From Promethearchaeota archaeon (GTDB lineage: Archaea; Asgardarchaeota; Lokiarchaeia; Sigyniarchaeales; SOKP01), in NCBI GenBank assembly GCA_016840165.1, contig JAEOSU010000018.1:1-64000 (forward strand): a stretch of DNA of 64,000 nucleotides, written 5' to 3'. Position numbers and translations under genes: made by a program. Shown here in pieces: positions 10,177 to 21,080 of the stretch. The notes below the pieces were generated by a model, which made no database searches, was not told where the DNA came from, and saw only the letters and a program-made list of their open reading frames with translations. Numbering within the stretch: position 1 is the first letter of the stretch; each line of letters opens with the position of its first letter.

Positions 10177-10854
10177 TTAGTCCCACTTTGCTCCGCATTT
10201 AGAACAAAATTTCGCTTCTGCGGCTAGCCTTTCACCGCAATGGCTGCAAAATTTCATTGCACCTGCGCTATATGGTTCTGCTTGAGCCTCAGATTCTTTT
10301 TGTGGTATGACTGTTTTTGAGGGTTCTGAAATTCCAACTTTTTCCTTCATCTTCGTAATATCTTCTTTTAATGCTTCAGATTCTTTCCTTTTCTTGCCAA
10401 AAGCACTAGTTAATACCCACATTATAATTAACACGGGTAATAATAAAATAACCAATATTAAAGAGAACACAAATCCAAATATCGAATCAATAGGACTACC
10501 GAAACCAATAGGTATAATTCCTACCAAAACCAAGAGGGCCACAACGAATCCCGCTGTAATTAATATAGAGAATATTAATGATGCAGTATAAGCCCAGCTC
10601 TGTTTAGATTCAATTAGTACCTCCTCGATATTTCGCGTCTTATTTATAATATAATTTACTCGGATTTTATTAGCTGAATGTAAAGTCCCATGAACGACTA
10701 TTTCATCAGAGGTACCCAAAGAACCGGATTTTACTTGAGAAAAACAATAACGCATATTTCCTCCTGAATCTTCAAGCATAAATGCCAAATTGCCGGCTTC
10801 CGATCGTACGAATTCTTTTACTTTTCCTTCTAATACAATTTTAGATTCTGGCAC
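10177..10854 (-). CDS. two-TM membrane protein with C-terminal zinc ribbon
   Basis: OB-like beta N-terminus, two TM helices, FCSHCG...FCSKCG. Confidence 0.75.
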   Translation of the reverse strand: MPESKIVLEGKVKEFVRSEAGNLAFMLEDSGGNMRYCFSQVKSGSLGTSDEIVVHGTLHSANKIRVNYIINKTRNIEEVLIESKQSWAYTASLIFSILITAGFVVALLVLVGIIPIGFGSPIDSIFGFVFSLILVILLLPVLIIMWVLTSAFGKKRKESEALKEDITKMKEKVGISEPSKTVIPQKESEAQAEPYSAGAMKFCSHCGERLAAEAKFCSKCGAKWD

Positions 10855-10944
10855 AATTTATCAACATATAAAAAAATATTGCTACTATTAAAAGATTTAT
10901 AGACCATTTATTATGATCTACTTAGGTATACCAAATATTTATAA

Positions 10945-11520
10945 TTAAGTAGAATCTGGGCTTTTGTGACGAAATCCATGAGCATATAATTTGTCTCGAA
11001 TTGGTTTCATTCCCGGACAACGATCCCAATCACCCTGAAATTCACACTGAGCACAATCCTTTTTAATATGCTTTGCTCGAATATATGCAATTATCCCAAT
11101 AAACATGTTTACCTCAAATAATGTGAGGATCTTGAAGATTGGATGGAATGGGAGTGAAAAAATCGCTATAAGGTATAATCCAATCCCAATCCCAAGTGAA
11201 ACTTTCGAAAATACTTTCAAAAATTTGTATTTTGTATATCCCAAAATGTTTAAAATAAGAGGAGCAAAGAAGAGATATGAAATATTGAAGATGAGTATTA
11301 TTGTTTGAGGAGTAAGGTCAACAAAAAGTAAGGTGATTATTATCGTAAGAATGATTGTAGGATAGAATGTGAAACAACCAATACATAGTTTATACTTGCC
11401 AATATGATATACATGCTTGGAATACATTTCACAATTGGGATGGTGAGAAAGAAGTATTGGTTTAAAATCTGATAGAAATAATGAAGCTCTTGAAAGTTTT
11501 TTCTTGAATTTTGTAAGCAT
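10945..11520 (-). CDS. Cys/His-rich membrane protein (DUF2085-like)
   Basis: SHHPNC...LCIGC, about 4 TM, C-terminal CAQC...CP. Confidence 0.6.
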   Translation of the reverse strand: MLTKFKKKLSRASLFLSDFKPILLSHHPNCEMYSKHVYHIGKYKLCIGCFTFYPTIILTIIITLLFVDLTPQTIILIFNISYLFFAPLILNILGYTKYKFLKVFSKVSLGIGIGLYLIAIFSLPFHPIFKILTLFEVNMFIGIIAYIRAKHIKKDCAQCEFQGDWDRCPGMKPIRDKLYAHGFRHKSPDST

Positions 11521-11671
11521 TTTACATTTGGTTGATGATGTTAATGTATAAAAATATTTATCTCAGTTAATGAAACTTTTGGTCGTAAAGAAACTGAATA
11601 TATAAATGAGTAAAATACGTATAAAACAAAAAAAAAAAATTAGAATATTAATTATTAATTTCTTGTTATTA

Positions 11672-11884
11672 TTAATCACGTACAACGAGATAAATAATAC
11701 AACCTATACAACCGGTAAGTAATACTATCAACAGCCACATGGTAGCATTCATATCACGTTTCTTGGCATCTTTATAGACCCAGATACATAATAGTAATGC
11801 AACAATCCAATAAACGGCGGCAATGATAACGGGAATCAACCATAACAAAGCCAAACCTGCAAATGGATCAAAAGGAATTGTCAT
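11672..11884 (-). CDS. small membrane protein (PLDc N-terminal-like)
   Basis: WVYKDAKKR...WLLIVLL...IIYLVVR. Confidence 0.75.
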   Translation of the reverse strand: MTIPFDPFAGLALLWLIPVIIAAVYWIVALLLCIWVYKDAKKRDMNATMWLLIVLLTGCIGCIIYLVVRD

Positions 11885-12174
11885 ATATTTTCAACCTCTT
11901 AATATTAGTATTATTATTTTGTTTTTAGTAGAGTTATTACTTAATTCTATATCGGAATATATATTTAAATCTATTCTTTTTTACCAGCACTGAGCCCATC
12001 CTTTAAATACCATACAATTGCTAATATGTTAAAAGTGAAAATGATGGTTCCGACAATATTGGTAAAATTTTGCACTCTTTTGCCATCTTAAAGCTAAAAA
12101 TAAGAATAATATTAAGTTGTTAATATTATCAATTTAATTAAATACAAAATATTTTTCACCAACCACTAAATAGA

Positions 12175-13461
12175 TTGATAATAATGAGATTCACTCCTAA
12201 GTTCAAGATTGGAATTTTTATTGGATTTTTTGTTCTCACATTATCAGCCAATCTTGTTCTATTTTACACTTTTTCTTCAAAAAATATGATGCCTAGTTAT
12301 CTTGATGTTGACAGAAAACCAAATGGAAATACGTTTATATGTACATTTAGTTTCCGCGAAGTAATAAATTATCCCAACCGTGTAAGGAACCAAATTCCCG
12401 TGCCAGACAACAGTACTGAGCATAGTATTTTTGAAGTAGATCAATATGGAAATAAAGTATGGGAATATATCGGATTAGCTCAACCCCATGAGGTTGAGTA
12501 CTTACCGAACGGCCATATTTTAGTAGCAGATACCGGACATGACAGGGTTATTGAGATTGATTACCCAAATAAAAATATTGTGTGGGAATGGAAACCAGAG
12601 CTCATTAATTGGACAGAAATAAATTCAGCTTGGGACACGACACACTATTATAATAATCCTATAATCTTTGACTGGACTCATCTCAATGATGTGGACTTTA
12701 AGAATTATAGTACTTGGTCAGCTTGTCTAATTTCACTTCGAAATTTTGATATGATTGTAGAGATTAATTATACTGCAGAACGTCTTGGACCTGCAAATAG
12801 TCCAAATAATATTATCTGGTATTACGGAGATTACAATAATCATTCTCTCCTTTATCATCAACATAATCCTGACTATTTAAGTGATGGAAACATTATCGTT
12901 TCTGATTCCGAGAACGATCGTATTCTGAAAGTGAATTATAGCAATAAAGAGGTTTTTTGGTCATATCAAAGCGGAATGCGTTGGCCCCGAGATGCGGATG
13001 AATTACCCAATGGAAATATTTTAATTACTGATTCGTTGAATAGTAGAGTATTTGAGATTGATGCGGTTTCAAAGCAGATTGTGTGGAGTTTTCGAGGTGA
13101 TCTCATCAACCCTTACGAAGCAGACATGTTGGATAACGGGAATATCCTTATTGGGAATGGTATTGGTGGAGTTGTATATGAGATTAACCCCGATGGCTTT
13201 GAAGTATGGAGATATGGAATTTCATACCTTAAGAGCCTGATATATCTTAATTGTATTTTGGCTATCATCATCGAGTCTGCAACTATCTTTTTTATATTCA
13301 ATGGTATGAAAGGCAGAAGCCTTAATAGAATAGAAAAAATCTTAAAATATTTTTTCATCAGTTTTTTAGGATTTTTAATAGCCGTTGCCTTCATCTTTTT
13401 ATTTTTCTACACGTCTATCGCAGTTATGGTCTTTATTGCAATGACGGGTGCCGCTCGATGA
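12175..13461 (+). CDS. membrane-anchored arylsulfotransferase-like beta-propeller protein
   Basis: Repeated LPNGNILI blades, DWTHLNDVD, QHNPD, WPRDAD. One N-terminal and two C-terminal TM helices. Confidence 0.75.
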   Translation: MIIMRFTPKFKIGIFIGFFVLTLSANLVLFYTFSSKNMMPSYLDVDRKPNGNTFICTFSFREVINYPNRVRNQIPVPDNSTEHSIFEVDQYGNKVWEYIGLAQPHEVEYLPNGHILVADTGHDRVIEIDYPNKNIVWEWKPELINWTEINSAWDTTHYYNNPIIFDWTHLNDVDFKNYSTWSACLISLRNFDMIVEINYTAERLGPANSPNNIIWYYGDYNNHSLLYHQHNPDYLSDGNIIVSDSENDRILKVNYSNKEVFWSYQSGMRWPRDADELPNGNILITDSLNSRVFEIDAVSKQIVWSFRGDLINPYEADMLDNGNILIGNGIGGVVYEINPDGFEVWRYGISYLKSLIYLNCILAIIIESATIFFIFNGMKGRSLNRIEKILKYFFISFLGFLIAVAFIFLFFYTSIAVMVFIAMTGAAR

Positions 13462-13577
13462 TAAATTCTTGTTAAAAACATAAGAAAAACCAAATTTAAA
13501 AAATGTATGTTTTATTTTCTTAATTAATCTAAAAACATTTCTCAATACTAAGAAAAATGCAAATTAAGTGATATGCT

Positions 13578-13814
13578 ATGAGAAATTTATTTGGGACAGT
13601 TGCTTTTTCGCTAGGCCTTATTTTATCAATGGTGTCACTGTATATTATAATATTCATTCCTTTTGGAGCATATGTTATGTACGGTCTTTCGGCCTTTATT
13701 ATAGTTATGGGAGTAGTTGGGTTCAAAAAGGATGAATCTCGCATACTGGCTATCTTGGGGATAGTGTTCGGGGTAGTTCATCTAGGATTGACAATAGTAT
13801 TTACACAACTATAG
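13578..13814 (+). CDS. small three-TM membrane protein
   Basis: 78 aa, almost entirely hydrophobic helices. Confidence 0.6.
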   Translation: MRNLFGTVAFSLGLILSMVSLYIIIFIPFGAYVMYGLSAFIIVMGVVGFKKDESRILAILGIVFGVVHLGLTIVFTQL

Positions 13815-14173
13815 CTCCCTGGGGCACCTCATTAACTTTTTATTTTATTTTTTTTAATATTATTGATCTGGTCTAATTTTCAATTTATTTTTTGTATTAT
13901 GAGAAAAAATCTATAATTTATTATCGTTCTCCTCGATTATTGTGACTTTTGATAAATTTTTATTATTAATTTAGTAAATTCTTTCATAATGTTTGGTTTC
14001 TTCTGATCTTTCTCAGTAATAGAATCACTTAAATCGTGATCATATTTAGGAAATCGAAAGGGATCATGGTGGGAATCGTGGATCAAAATGTAAAGATATA
14101 AATATTGGATTTTCTATTTCTTACATAGAATAATAAAAAATATTCAAAATATTAAATATTGAGGAAAACGGCA

Positions 14174-14443
14174 ATGAGTAAAAATATAAGAAAGATTGAT
14201 GCTGTATTTGATGAGAATTATATAAAGATCATGGAATCTCTTACTGGATTAAAGGAGATTTTTGATATTTGCTTCTTTGAGCGAAATATTTATAAACAAA
14301 TGGGAATGGATAATTTAAAAGCCCTACACGACAATGTAATTGAGTTATTAAAACATACTTATTCCCCACGTGAAGTAAGGATAAAATTACGTGAACTTGA
14401 ATATGATGGCCTTGAGGCTCCAAATAGCTTTCTAAGTCCATAA
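14174..14443 (+). CDS. hypothetical small helical protein
   Basis: Isolated ORF. GAGG upstream of ATG 14174 and a T-rich tract downstream. Confidence 0.65.
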   Translation: MSKNIRKIDAVFDENYIKIMESLTGLKEIFDICFFERNIYKQMGMDNLKALHDNVIELLKHTYSPREVRIKLRELEYDGLEAPNSFLSP

Positions 14444-14661
14444 TTTTATTTTGATCATTTTTTTACTTTCTTTTTATTGAATTCGTTTATTGATCGATTT
14501 TTGTGATCAATTTGGGGAATCAATTGATCAGATTTCATACTCGATTGACTGGGAAATATCTCCCATTTAGATAAAATTCTGCAAATAGAATCAAAGTAAC
14601 ATCATTTATAGTTTTATATACTTTCATATCGTTTTTATAATAACTAATAATGGTGTAATTA

Positions 14662-16218
14662 ATGAAGCAAACACATGATAAAAAGGGTTTAATTGTTATT
14701 GGTGGTGGTATAACTGGGCTAAGTACCGGTTTAACATGGGCATTAAATCAAGATGTGAAAGATAATCCAGTTCTTATTATCGAAAAAGAGCCAAAAACGG
14801 GAGGATATGTGACTTCTTATGAGCGCGAAGGTTTTATCTTTGATACATGCCAGATGATACCGAATCTTTCTGATATTTTAGGCTATTTAGGCATCGATAT
14901 CGATTTAAAGAAATTTAAAGGCTATTATATGCGGATCTTTCTAGTCAATCCTGATACTGATGAGGTAAAAATTATTGAACTCCCTTCTGGTGTGGAAACC
15001 TTTAAGAAATGGCTTATGGAAACGTATCCAAGGGAAGCCGATCAAATAGAGAAATTTTTAGATTATTCACGTTCTATGTACCTTGAATTATTTGATTTAA
15101 AAGTCGAAATGGGGATTGCTGATATTTTAAAGGCATTAGTAAAGTGTCCCAAAATTGTGTTTAATGGGACAAAGACCTTCCATAACTATTTTTCAAAGTT
15201 CAAAATTAGTGAGCCAGAGGTGAAAGAAATTTTCAATGTTTTTGCCGAATTTAGTGCATTACCTTCTGAAAGAGTTGCTGCAGTAGTTCCCATTTCTGCG
15301 ATGAATTCACTTTTGGATGGTACATTTCGTCCGACAAAAGGATTTATTGAACTTCCAAAAAAGATTGAAGAGAGATACAAGAGTTTAGGCGGAGAGTTGA
15401 TGCTTAATACTAAAGTTATCGATATTCTTATGGAGAATGGTCAGGTGAAAGGGGTCAAACTTGAATCAGGTGAGGAAATATATTCGGATTATGTGGTAAC
15501 AACCATTGATCCGAAAGTAGCGATGATTGATATGGTGGGTTTGGAGACTCTCAGAGACTTAGACGCAAAATATGCGAAAAAGGCTGAATATGTAAAGATG
15601 TCAACTTCCTCCATCAACTTAAGTATTGGACTGGATGATAAAATCGATTTGGCTGCTCTTGGATTAGATTGTGGCTACAATGTAATTACAACTGGGGAGG
15701 ATTCGTATGATAGGCTCTTTGATGCTTATGAAAAAGGAGAAATAGGCTTCACCGATAAGAGATTTCATATTGGAGTTGTATGTCCGTCATTGACGACCGG
15801 AGGAAAACCTAATATCACAGTAAGGATCACCCCAATGGCTTTAGCAGATTGGGAAGAATTGCGGGAAAACGATTATGCTAAATATAAAGAACGAAAGGAG
15901 AAATGGGCAGACTTTTTTATAAATAAAGTAGAGAAATATTTGATTCCTAATTTGCGAGAACATATTGTTGTACTGGACATTTCAACTCCTGCTACTTATG
16001 CGCGATATTCAGGTTCACCTACAGGTGCTATTTATGATATGGCACCCTATACTGATAATTTTGGAAGGACAAGGTTGAAGATGAGAACTCCGGTTAAAGG
16101 ATTATTCCAACCTAAGTTTGTGCATGGTGTATTTGGTTGCCTTCTTGCTGGAATGCAAGTAAATGATATGATCTTAGAAGGGAAAATAATGAACGGTAAC
16201 GCTCGATATAAGGTTTAA
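14662..16218 (+). CDS. phytoene desaturase family FAD-dependent oxidoreductase
   Basis: GGGITGL, EK...GGY...EGFIFD, STPATYARY...GAIY. Confidence 0.88.
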   Translation: MKQTHDKKGLIVIGGGITGLSTGLTWALNQDVKDNPVLIIEKEPKTGGYVTSYEREGFIFDTCQMIPNLSDILGYLGIDIDLKKFKGYYMRIFLVNPDTDEVKIIELPSGVETFKKWLMETYPREADQIEKFLDYSRSMYLELFDLKVEMGIADILKALVKCPKIVFNGTKTFHNYFSKFKISEPEVKEIFNVFAEFSALPSERVAAVVPISAMNSLLDGTFRPTKGFIELPKKIEERYKSLGGELMLNTKVIDILMENGQVKGVKLESGEEIYSDYVVTTIDPKVAMIDMVGLETLRDLDAKYAKKAEYVKMSTSSINLSIGLDDKIDLAALGLDCGYNVITTGEDSYDRLFDAYEKGEIGFTDKRFHIGVVCPSLTTGGKPNITVRITPMALADWEELRENDYAKYKERKEKWADFFINKVEKYLIPNLREHIVVLDISTPATYARYSGSPTGAIYDMAPYTDNFGRTRLKMRTPVKGLFQPKFVHGVFGCLLAGMQVNDMILEGKIMNGNARYKV

Positions 16219-16248
16219 TTTCACTTTTTCTATTTTTTTATTTCTTTT

Positions 16249-17667
16249 TTAATCCCAAATGTTTCTTAAACTCCATATTTCAGATTTATTGATTTTAATG
16301 TTCCCATTTTGGGCAAAAAATTCTATTTGTAGGGAATTACTACCCTTAGGTATGATTTGACCAGAAATTATTTCTCGATTATTTATATAAACTTCAATAA
16401 TAGACACATCAATAAAAATATGTAGTTTTAATATATCATCGGTGTCAAGATCTTGGAGAATTATCTTTTCTTTGCCCAACCAAAATTCTTTAGATTGTAT
16501 ATTAAATCTAATACACTCATCATATTGAAAGTTATTAGACTCGAAAATCTTTAAAGTGAATTGATCGGCACTAAGCATTTCTAACTCCATAAGAATCTCA
16601 AAACACTGACTATTGAAATTTTTAGATAGGTACAATGGCTCATCATTGACTATTAAACTTTTAAATCTGACATGGTAAGTTCTTAGAGAATGGAGTTCTT
16701 TTATTGGAGAAAAACACAATTTATTATCTAATCCCAAAGTTATTCTTCTCGGAAGTGTGAGACATCCATTCCAACCTTTTCCTTTTGCGGCTAACCATCC
16801 CCACATAATTATGCGTCCTTTGGGGTCGATAAGTGTGGTAGGTGCATAGAATAATTTTCCATGATCCACTTTTTTCCATTTACCAGGTATAAACTGATGA
16901 TCTTTATAATCACCTATATTATATTCAACTTTACGACCAATTGAAAAGACTTCATCAGTGTAATATTGTCTTTTAAACGAAGATATTATTAACATATGTT
17001 TTCCATTTAAGGGGAAAAAATTAGGACATTCCCACGTTAATTTTTTATTAATTAATTCTTGAGCAAATATTGAGACAAATTCCCATTTTCGAAGATCGGA
17101 TGATTTATATAACAACAGAACTGCTTGACGGGGTTTATAAATATATCCTGCTAATAATGCATACCACTGATTTTTTCCTTTCCAGAGATAAGGATCTCGC
17201 CATTCTCTTATATCAAGTGGTTCATGAAGATTAGAATCCATGACTGGATTATGTTCATACCTCTCCCAAGTAATCATTTCATCAGAGCTGGTTGCCAACC
17301 ATTGTTCAGAATCCTGATGTGGGGTTCTTTTAGGACCGATGCTTGTGTAGATGATGGTTGGAATATTATCATAAAAAACACAGCTACCTGTGTAGCAATG
17401 GCTTTCTCCTTTAGTCTTATCTGGTTTTAAGCTAATCGGTAAATGAACCCAATGTACTAAATCCTTACTTTTTGCATGTCCCCAATAAATATTTTCCCAC
17501 TTATTTTCTTTAGGATTGTGCTGGTAAAAAAGGTGAAATTCGTTTTTATAAAAGATAAGTCCATGTGGGTCATTCATCCAATTTGCTGGGGGAAGAAAGT
17601 GGTATCGTGGTCGTAAGGGACATGAATCTGCGATAGTTAAATCTTCACTATTATATAATGGATCCAT
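16249..17667 (-). CDS. GH32 beta-fructofuranosidase / sucrose-6-phosphate hydrolase
   Basis: WMNDPHG, WGHAKSKDLVHW, RDP, WECP catalytic motifs, C-terminal beta-sandwich. Confidence 0.93.
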   Translation of the reverse strand: MDPLYNSEDLTIADSCPLRPRYHFLPPANWMNDPHGLIFYKNEFHLFYQHNPKENKWENIYWGHAKSKDLVHWVHLPISLKPDKTKGESHCYTGSCVFYDNIPTIIYTSIGPKRTPHQDSEQWLATSSDEMITWERYEHNPVMDSNLHEPLDIREWRDPYLWKGKNQWYALLAGYIYKPRQAVLLLYKSSDLRKWEFVSIFAQELINKKLTWECPNFFPLNGKHMLIISSFKRQYYTDEVFSIGRKVEYNIGDYKDHQFIPGKWKKVDHGKLFYAPTTLIDPKGRIIMWGWLAAKGKGWNGCLTLPRRITLGLDNKLCFSPIKELHSLRTYHVRFKSLIVNDEPLYLSKNFNSQCFEILMELEMLSADQFTLKIFESNNFQYDECIRFNIQSKEFWLGKEKIILQDLDTDDILKLHIFIDVSIIEVYINNREIISGQIIPKGSNSLQIEFFAQNGNIKINKSEIWSLRNIWD

Positions 17668-17852
17668 TTAGACGACTCTCTCAATTCCTTAATCAAAAAA
17701 ATCATAAAAAATATAATTAATTTGCTAATTTCTTTAGAATAGTTTTAAGAAAAGGTATATCCTATTTTTATAGATACTATACAAAAAAGTAACAATCTTT
17801 TTATAATGTGAGAATGATTAATATTAAATTCCTACAAAAAGGTGAGTCGCAA

Positions 17853-18242
17853 ATGGCAAATATAAAAGAGGTTTTAGGGTCTCTTTTTAAGATGTGTGGG
17901 ATAATGATAACCATCGGAGCTACAATTAGTATGATGTTTTTCGATTATTTCTTTGGTGGTCCTTATTGGACACAAATATATATATCCTTTACGTTGGCAC
18001 TAATTGGTCTGATTCTGTTAATTGTTGGAATTATACTTTATCGTCTCTCAAGAAAGTCAGTAGAAGTAGAAACCTCGAGAGCTTATAAAAGCACTGCGAA
18101 AAAGATTGGAATCTACTTGACGATTTATGGAGCTTTGATAACGCTCCCAGGAGTATTGCTTTGGAATTACCTGATTATGGCAATGGGTATAGTGATTCTA
18201 GTTATTGGCATAGTGCTATTAATTGTAGGGAAGAAAAAGTGA
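17853..18242 (+). CDS. four-TM membrane protein
   Basis: Hydrophobic helices. GGTGA at 17841 favours ATG 17853. Confidence 0.65.
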   Translation: MANIKEVLGSLFKMCGIMITIGATISMMFFDYFFGGPYWTQIYISFTLALIGLILLIVGIILYRLSRKSVEVETSRAYKSTAKKIGIYLTIYGALITLPGVLLWNYLIMAMGIVILVIGIVLLIVGKKK

Positions 18243-18463
18243 AACTTGCGTGATTGAATATAAATTATTAGAATTAAATGCGACTCATAATATTATACAA
18301 TTTGGTGGAACTCTATATGGTACAAAAAAGTATCTATATATCTTGTTTTATTCAATATTTTCTAACCTAAGTATTCTTTATCAAAGAAATTAGTAAAAAT
18401 ATAATTAATTTGTATATTTCATTAGAATATCCATAATATTAAGAAAGTATAAGCTAAGTTATA

Positions 18464-20014
18464 ATGAAACTCCCTAAGATTAATCTATACTTATTAGTTG
18501 CTCATTTGATAATGTTAGGGTTTCAAATCTACTTCTGGAATTTCATTATTGATGATGCATTTATCAGTTTTAGGTATGCAAAAAACCTTTTTCAAGAAAA
18601 TCAATTAGTTTTCAATATAAACGAGCCACCCGTGGAGGGTTATTCCAACTTTCTCTGGGTACTGTGGATATTTATCGGTTTTATAATGAACTTTGACACG
18701 ATAATTTTCAGCAAAATCTCTGGAATATTGTTTAGTCAGTTATCTATATATGTCTTATATAAGTTAGCTCTATTGTTGGGGAAAAGTAAAAATAGCAGTA
18801 CTCTGATTTGCATTTTCTATGCTTGGCTTCCTAATATTGCTTTATGGTCAATAGGAGGGTTAGAAACATCTCTATTTTCCCTTTTTCTCATGATTGCACT
18901 TTATTTTTTCATTTTATATCTTAAAAAGTCCATTAAGAAAGTACTTCTAGGATCCTCTTTATTTTTTTCATTAGCGAGTTTAACGCGTCATGAGGGATTA
19001 ATCATATTTGCAGGGTCCATTATTTTCCTAATTGGAATCCAAATTAGCAAGCGGAAATTTTTTAGTTCTGAATCAATAATACTTCTTGGACTGATGATCT
19101 CATTTATCGGAGCTCTCTATTTTCCTTATTTTTTATGGCGAATTATATATTATTATAGCATTTTACCTCATACTTTTATCGTGAAAGCAGAGCCAATTAC
19201 CTTCATATTTCTTTTGGAACAGTTAGTTTTTTATCTTCCTCTAATCTTAATTTTCTTACCTATACTCATATTAATATTATTGCAAGTTAAAATGCTAAGA
19301 AGTATTTCTCAAATTGCTCATTGCAAGCTCTATTTAGGATTTGTTCTCATTATTTTTTGCTCAATTTTAATTATTCTTTCGAGTTGGATGCCTGGTTTTC
19401 GTTTTGCAATCCCAATAATCCCCTTAATTTTATTGTTCATTCCTGATTCAATTAATATCTTTTATAATCTAGCTCAGAAATATCATGAAGATTTTAAACT
19501 TTTAAAATTTGGAAGATATTTTACGATATCAATAATATGCGTTTCCCATTTACTTTTAATTTTCTCATTCAATTCTTATGTGCGTCTTTATGCGACAGGA
19601 ATCAATGAAATTAATATCACACTTGGAAAATGGATTAACCAGAATACTAATCAGAGTGCTTCGCTAGCAATATGGGATGTAGGAGCAATTCCTTTTTATG
19701 CTGATATACGAACAATTGATATTTATCCAGAAAGTTTACAAGATAAGCATGTATTTACTTATCCTGAGGATGCAGATTATATCTTAGACCAAAATATTTC
19801 TATTCTTATTCTTAATGATGATTATTTCGATTACATAAAAACAGATCCTCGCTTTATAGCTAATTATCGATTAATATTCAACGCTCAGCTTTTTTATATC
19901 GAGAATCAACTGAGAGTTGATTATATTTATCAAGTCTATTTGTTCAATGGTTATTATATTTCAAATGTCTCAATCACTACTTTGATCAATTCATCTCCAA
20001 GGTTTTATATCTGA
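18464..20014 (+). CDS. GT-C fold membrane glycosyltransferase
   Basis: DDAFISFRYAKN after TM1, VEGYSNFLW, GLET, TRHEG, DVGAIPFY. Confidence 0.82.
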   Translation: MKLPKINLYLLVAHLIMLGFQIYFWNFIIDDAFISFRYAKNLFQENQLVFNINEPPVEGYSNFLWVLWIFIGFIMNFDTIIFSKISGILFSQLSIYVLYKLALLLGKSKNSSTLICIFYAWLPNIALWSIGGLETSLFSLFLMIALYFFILYLKKSIKKVLLGSSLFFSLASLTRHEGLIIFAGSIIFLIGIQISKRKFFSSESIILLGLMISFIGALYFPYFLWRIIYYYSILPHTFIVKAEPITFIFLLEQLVFYLPLILIFLPILILILLQVKMLRSISQIAHCKLYLGFVLIIFCSILIILSSWMPGFRFAIPIIPLILLFIPDSINIFYNLAQKYHEDFKLLKFGRYFTISIICVSHLLLIFSFNSYVRLYATGINEINITLGKWINQNTNQSASLAIWDVGAIPFYADIRTIDIYPESLQDKHVFTYPEDADYILDQNISILILNDDYFDYIKTDPRFIANYRLIFNAQLFYIENQLRVDYIYQVYLFNGYYISNVSITTLINSSPRFYI

Positions 20015-20068
20015 AGTCTATTTTATATATTTAAACGGGAGATTAATTAAGGTACAATAAGAAGTAAT

Positions 20069-21061
20069 ATGAAAAGAGAAAATTCATATATCGATTCCAA
20101 TAATATAGAGAAAAAGAGATATTTAAGTATCGATGTGTTTAAAGGTCTTTCCGTTCTCTTAATGGTTTTCGCAAATACATTTTCTCCCTTTGAGAACGTT
20201 CCTGACTGGAGTCAGCATGCAGGAGATTTTGGTCTTACATATGTTGATTTGGTAGCCTCATTTTTTGTTTTTATGTTAGCTCTTAATTTTAAAATATCAT
20301 TTACTCATAGGTTAGAAAGAAAAGGAAAGAAAAAGACTTATTTTAGATTTGTTCGCCGCTATCTCATTTTCATTGGTTTCGGTTTAATTCTTACAATATA
20401 TATAGCTCCTGGAGAATTTTACTTTCGATGGGGGACTTTACAAATACTTGGTACTGCTGGTTTAATATTATTAGTCCTAATTAATCTTAAAACTTACATT
20501 AGACTTATTATCTCTTTAATAATGTTAATCGTTCATCAATTAATATTAATCACAGAGTTAAATAGCATCATATATGATTCTATTGAGGGAGGGATATTAG
20601 GTATGTTTTCTTGGACGGCAATGATGATTCTGTCTTCATGTATCGTTGATGGTTTATTGAAGAATAGAGTAAGGCAATACTTCCTTTATGGGGGAATAGT
20701 ATTAACTATCTCGGGAATTATTTGTAATTTTTTTATACCTTTTAGCAGAGCATATATTTCTGGTTCATATACATTAATCTCTGTTGGAATCTCTTCACTA
20801 TTATATTATCTTATCTATTACATTTTTGAAAATCTCGCAAAAAACAAACCAATATTAACCAAAGAAAGATTCTTTAGTGTCGTAGGAAAAAATGCTTTTA
20901 TGTTATACCTTTTAGACTACTTAATTGCATATTCGATTTATTATTCGGTACCCTGGGATACTCCAGCAATCTTCATTTTTATAATTGCTTTTCTGAGTGT
21001 CATAGGTATTTGGTTAATTGCATATTTAATGGATCGAGTTGATATGTATATCGTAATTTAA
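20069..21061 (+). CDS. HGSNAT-like transmembrane acetyltransferase, paralog 1
   Basis: RYLSIDVFKG, MVFAN, HA...GLTYVDLV, GTLQ. Confidence 0.82.
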   Translation: MKRENSYIDSNNIEKKRYLSIDVFKGLSVLLMVFANTFSPFENVPDWSQHAGDFGLTYVDLVASFFVFMLALNFKISFTHRLERKGKKKTYFRFVRRYLIFIGFGLILTIYIAPGEFYFRWGTLQILGTAGLILLVLINLKTYIRLIISLIMLIVHQLILITELNSIIYDSIEGGILGMFSWTAMMILSSCIVDGLLKNRVRQYFLYGGIVLTISGIICNFFIPFSRAYISGSYTLISVGISSLLYYLIYYIFENLAKNKPILTKERFFSVVGKNAFMLYLLDYLIAYSIYYSVPWDTPAIFIFIIAFLSVIGIWLIAYLMDRVDMYIVI

Positions 21062-21080
21062 AGCTATAATAATTAAAATC

